Shown here: piece by piece, positions 62,862-64,000 of the stretch
How positions within the stretch are numbered: the first letter of the stretch is position 1
Layout: each line of letters begins with the position of its first letter
The notes under the pieces: model-generated
The model's input: only the letters and a program-made list of their open reading frames with translations
What the model was told of the DNA's origin: nothing
Databases searched by the model: none
Assembly: GCA_030390025.1 (NCBI GenBank)
Contig: CM059432.1
Location: 74,092,001 to 74,156,000 of the forward strand
Source: Squalus acanthias
Taxonomy: Eukaryota
DNA: 64,000 nucleotides
Direction of reading: 5' to 3'
Program-made: the position numbers and the translations under genes

Positions 62862-64000
62862 GTGCTGGAAATACTCAGGTCAGGCAGCATCTGTGGAGTG
62901 AGAAACAATTAACGTTTCAGATCGATTACTTTTTAATCAGAACTGAAAAGTTTGAGATGTAACAGGTTTTAAGCAAGTGCAAAGGCATGGAAGGGGGGGT
63001 GGAGTAGAGGAAAGAACAAATGGGAAAGGTCTGTAATTGGGTGGAAGGCAGGAAAGATTAAATGACAAAAGGGATGATGGTGCAAGGCAAAAGAAACAAA
63101 AGATGGGTCAAGAGGAGATGTAAATGGGGATATCACAATCATCAGGAATAGCTGCCGTCTGGAAAAAATGGGGGCAGAGGTTATAATCTGAAATTGTTGA
63201 ACTCAATGTTGATTCTGGAAGGCTCCGAATAAAAAAAAAAGAGGTACTGTTCCTAAAGCTTATGTTGAGCTTCATTGGGGCAATGTAGGAGGCCAAGATC
63301 AGAGTGAGAATGGGGCGGAGAATTAAAATGACAGGCGACAGGAAGCTTGGGGTCACCCTTGCAGACTGAATGGAGGTGTTCCACAAAGTGGTAACCCAAA
63401 CTGTTTGGTCTTCACAATGTAGAGGAGACTGCATCGTGAGCAGCGAATACAGTATACTAAATTGAAAGAAGTACAAGTAAATCGCTGTTTCACCTGGAAA
63501 GTGTTTGGGGCCCTGGACGGTGGGAAGGGAGGAGGTGAAAGGGCAGGTGTTGCATCTCCTGCGCTTGCAAGGGAAGGAGTGGGGGTTAGGGGTTATAGAG
63601 GAGTGGACCAGGGTGTTGCGGAGGGAACGGTCCCTTCGGAATGCTGAAAGGGGAGGGGAAGATGTGTTGGTGGTGGGATCACGCTGGAGATGGCGGAGGA
63701 TGATACGTTGAATGTGGAGGCTGGTTGGGTGGAAGGCAAGGACAAGGGGAACTCCATCGTGGTTCCGGGAGGGAGGGGAAGTGGTGAGAGCAGAAGTGCG
63801 GGAAATGGAACGGACACGGTCGAGGGCCCTGTCAACCACGGTAGAGGGGAATCCTTGGTTGAGGAAAAAGGAAGACATACCGGAAGCAGTGGAATGGAAG
63901 GTGGCATCGGCGGAACAGATGCGACGGAGACAGAGAAACTGGGAGAATGGAATAGAGTCCTTACAGGAAGTGGGGTGGGAGGAAGTGTAGTCAAGGTAGC
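62862..64000 (-). mobile_element. Penelope-like retroelement: RT thumb and GIY-YIG endonuclease remnants plus pseudo-LTR; continues past window end
   Basis: Minus strand SIPFSQFLRLRRICS..., MSSFFLNQGFP, AFRRDRSLRNTLVHS, PCKRRRCNTC and the frameshifted VYCIRCSRCSLLYIVKTK (GIY-YIG). Decayed hammerhead at 62905-62945. Confidence 0.93.

Overview
Eukaryotic vertebrate genomic DNA, most likely from a cartilaginous fish, judged from HE1-like V-SINEs, DeuSINEs, CR1/L2 LINEs and Penelope elements. Two genes lie on the + strand in the conserved RAB2A-CHD7 order. The first is the last coding exon and 3' UTR of RAB2A (2553-~3860). The second is the 5' part of CHD7: a CpG-island promoter with a probable non-coding exon 1 (~23.9-24.2 kb), a ~30.8 kb intron 1, the large first coding exon (55035-56871, ATG at 55222) and the start of intron 2. 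The rest is largely transposon-derived, apart from two repeat-poor blocks (~21.5-27.6 kb and ~51.3-57.3 kb). The most notable observations are (1) Penelope pseudo-LTR copies carrying minimal hammerhead-ribozyme motifs, including one intact sense copy in CHD7 intron 1 with a possible dimer partner 1.35 kb upstream, (2) a hairpin-packed ~720-730 bp MITE type with GGCC terminal inverted repeats and A-N-T target sites, and (3) a 12-codon uORF in the CHD7 leader. There are no prokaryotic features. Most short ORFs in the track are noise or transposon debris. Coordinates of old repeats are approximate and family names come from recall of consensus motifs, not database searches.
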